From Ascoidea asiatica JCM 7603 (taxonomy: Eukaryota; Fungi; Ascomycota): a stretch of 6,597 nucleotides of DNA. Where the stretch lies: positions 695,096-701,692 of the forward strand of contig BCKQ01000007.1 in NCBI GenBank assembly GCA_001600695.1, read 5' to 3'. Below the pieces are notes generated by a model. It made no database searches, was not told the DNA's origin, and saw only the letters and a list, made by a program, of their open reading frames with translations. This document shows, piece after piece, positions 6,018 to 6,597 of the stretch. The translations under genes were made by a program, and so were the position numbers. Position 1 is the first letter of the stretch; each line of letters begins with the position of its first letter.

Positions 6018-6597
6018 ATGTCGATTCCAAATGCTACTTTTCCAATTTTGAGCACAAATAACAACCACAACAATAGTATTAATAATACAGATACCATTCC
6101 TGATAATAGTGTTGGTGATAACATGAATAATAACAATAATACCCAGGTCCTTACTCAAAGCCAGAATCAGATAGGGACTCATAATATCAACAGCAGTGAT
6201 TTGATAGATAGAGCTTATCGAGATTTTGAATCAATGGATAATTACACCTCTGAAATTACAAGTTCAAATATTTTTGATCCTTCAAATCAGCAACATACTC
6301 CCGTTTTAAATGAGAAGGTACCTGAACAATCTGAAAACAATAATGAAATACAAAATGAAATTAACGCTCTAAATGAAATTGATAAGGAAATCAATAAAAA
6401 CCATAAGCTAACTGAAGTTACAGTCAATAATGAAAGTAATAATATTGAAATTGATAATACTCAGCGATTAGATAACAGGAATAATCAACAGTTGAAAAAT
6501 GGAAATGAAAATGAAAATGAAAATGAAAATGAAAATGAAAATGAAAATGAAAATGAAAATGAAAATGAAAATGAAAATGAAAATGAAAATGAAAATG
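6018..6597 (+). CDS. Unidentified protein, 5' portion only; Asn/Glu-rich, probably disordered N-terminus
   Basis: ATG at 6018 in A-rich context (AAAATAATG TCG) with an upstream in-frame TGA at 5985. It is open for 193 codons to the window edge: MSIPNATFPILSTNNNHNNSINNTDTIPDNSVGDNMNNNNNTQVLTQSQNQIGTHNINSSDLIDRAYRDFESMDNYTSEITSSNIFDPSNQQHTPVLNEKVPEQSENNNEIQNEINALNEIDKEINKNHKLTEVTVNNESNNIEIDNTQRLDNRNNQQLKNG(NE)n. No recognisable domain in the visible part. Not in the ORF track. Confidence 0.8.
   Translation, partial: MSIPNATFPILSTNNNHNNSINNTDTIPDNSVGDNMNNNNNTQVLTQSQNQIGTHNINSSDLIDRAYRDFESMDNYTSEITSSNIFDPSNQQHTPVLNEKVPEQSENNNEIQNEINALNEIDKEINKNHKLTEVTVNNESNNIEIDNTQRLDNRNNQQLKNGNENENENENENENENENENENENENENENEN
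6504..6597 (+). repeat. Perfect (AATGAA)n microsatellite, at least 15 units, encoding poly-(Asn-Glu); continues past the window edge
   Basis: Uninterrupted hexamer repeat in frame with the ATG at 6018. Confidence 0.95.

Noticed and set aside
5937-6182. 81-aa minus-strand ORF
   Set aside because: Ile/Val-rich antisense reflection of the Asn-rich plus-strand ORF at 6018.
6504-6597. Telomeric repeat at the window end
   Set aside because: The unit lacks a G-rich strand, is in frame with an upstream ORF, and also occurs inside NCL1, so it is a coding microsatellite.

Overview
AT-rich eukaryotic DNA, most likely from a budding yeast (Saccharomycotina), judged from the yeast-type intron, TTA/AGA/GGT codon bias and Asn/Glu low-complexity inserts. 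Four protein-coding genes are visible. (1) An intronless, secreted PL1-family pectate lyase on the minus strand (ATG at 971, running off the left edge), which the ORF track misses entirely. (2) A spliced LSM2 (2330..2371 + 2448..2702). (3) NCL1/TRM4, a tRNA m5C methyltransferase on the minus strand with its real start at 5351. (4) The 5' part of an unidentified Asn/Glu-rich gene from 6018, ending in an (AATGAA)n coding microsatellite. The most notable observation is a plant-cell-wall-degrading pectate lyase beside housekeeping genes in a yeast-like genome. Smaller points are a non-consensus LSM2 intron, no CTG codons in about 1,400 codons, a drifting 7-nt tandem array and a candidate uORF. I see no evidence for a wholly new multi-gene system, mobile element, CRISPR array or recognisable RNA gene.
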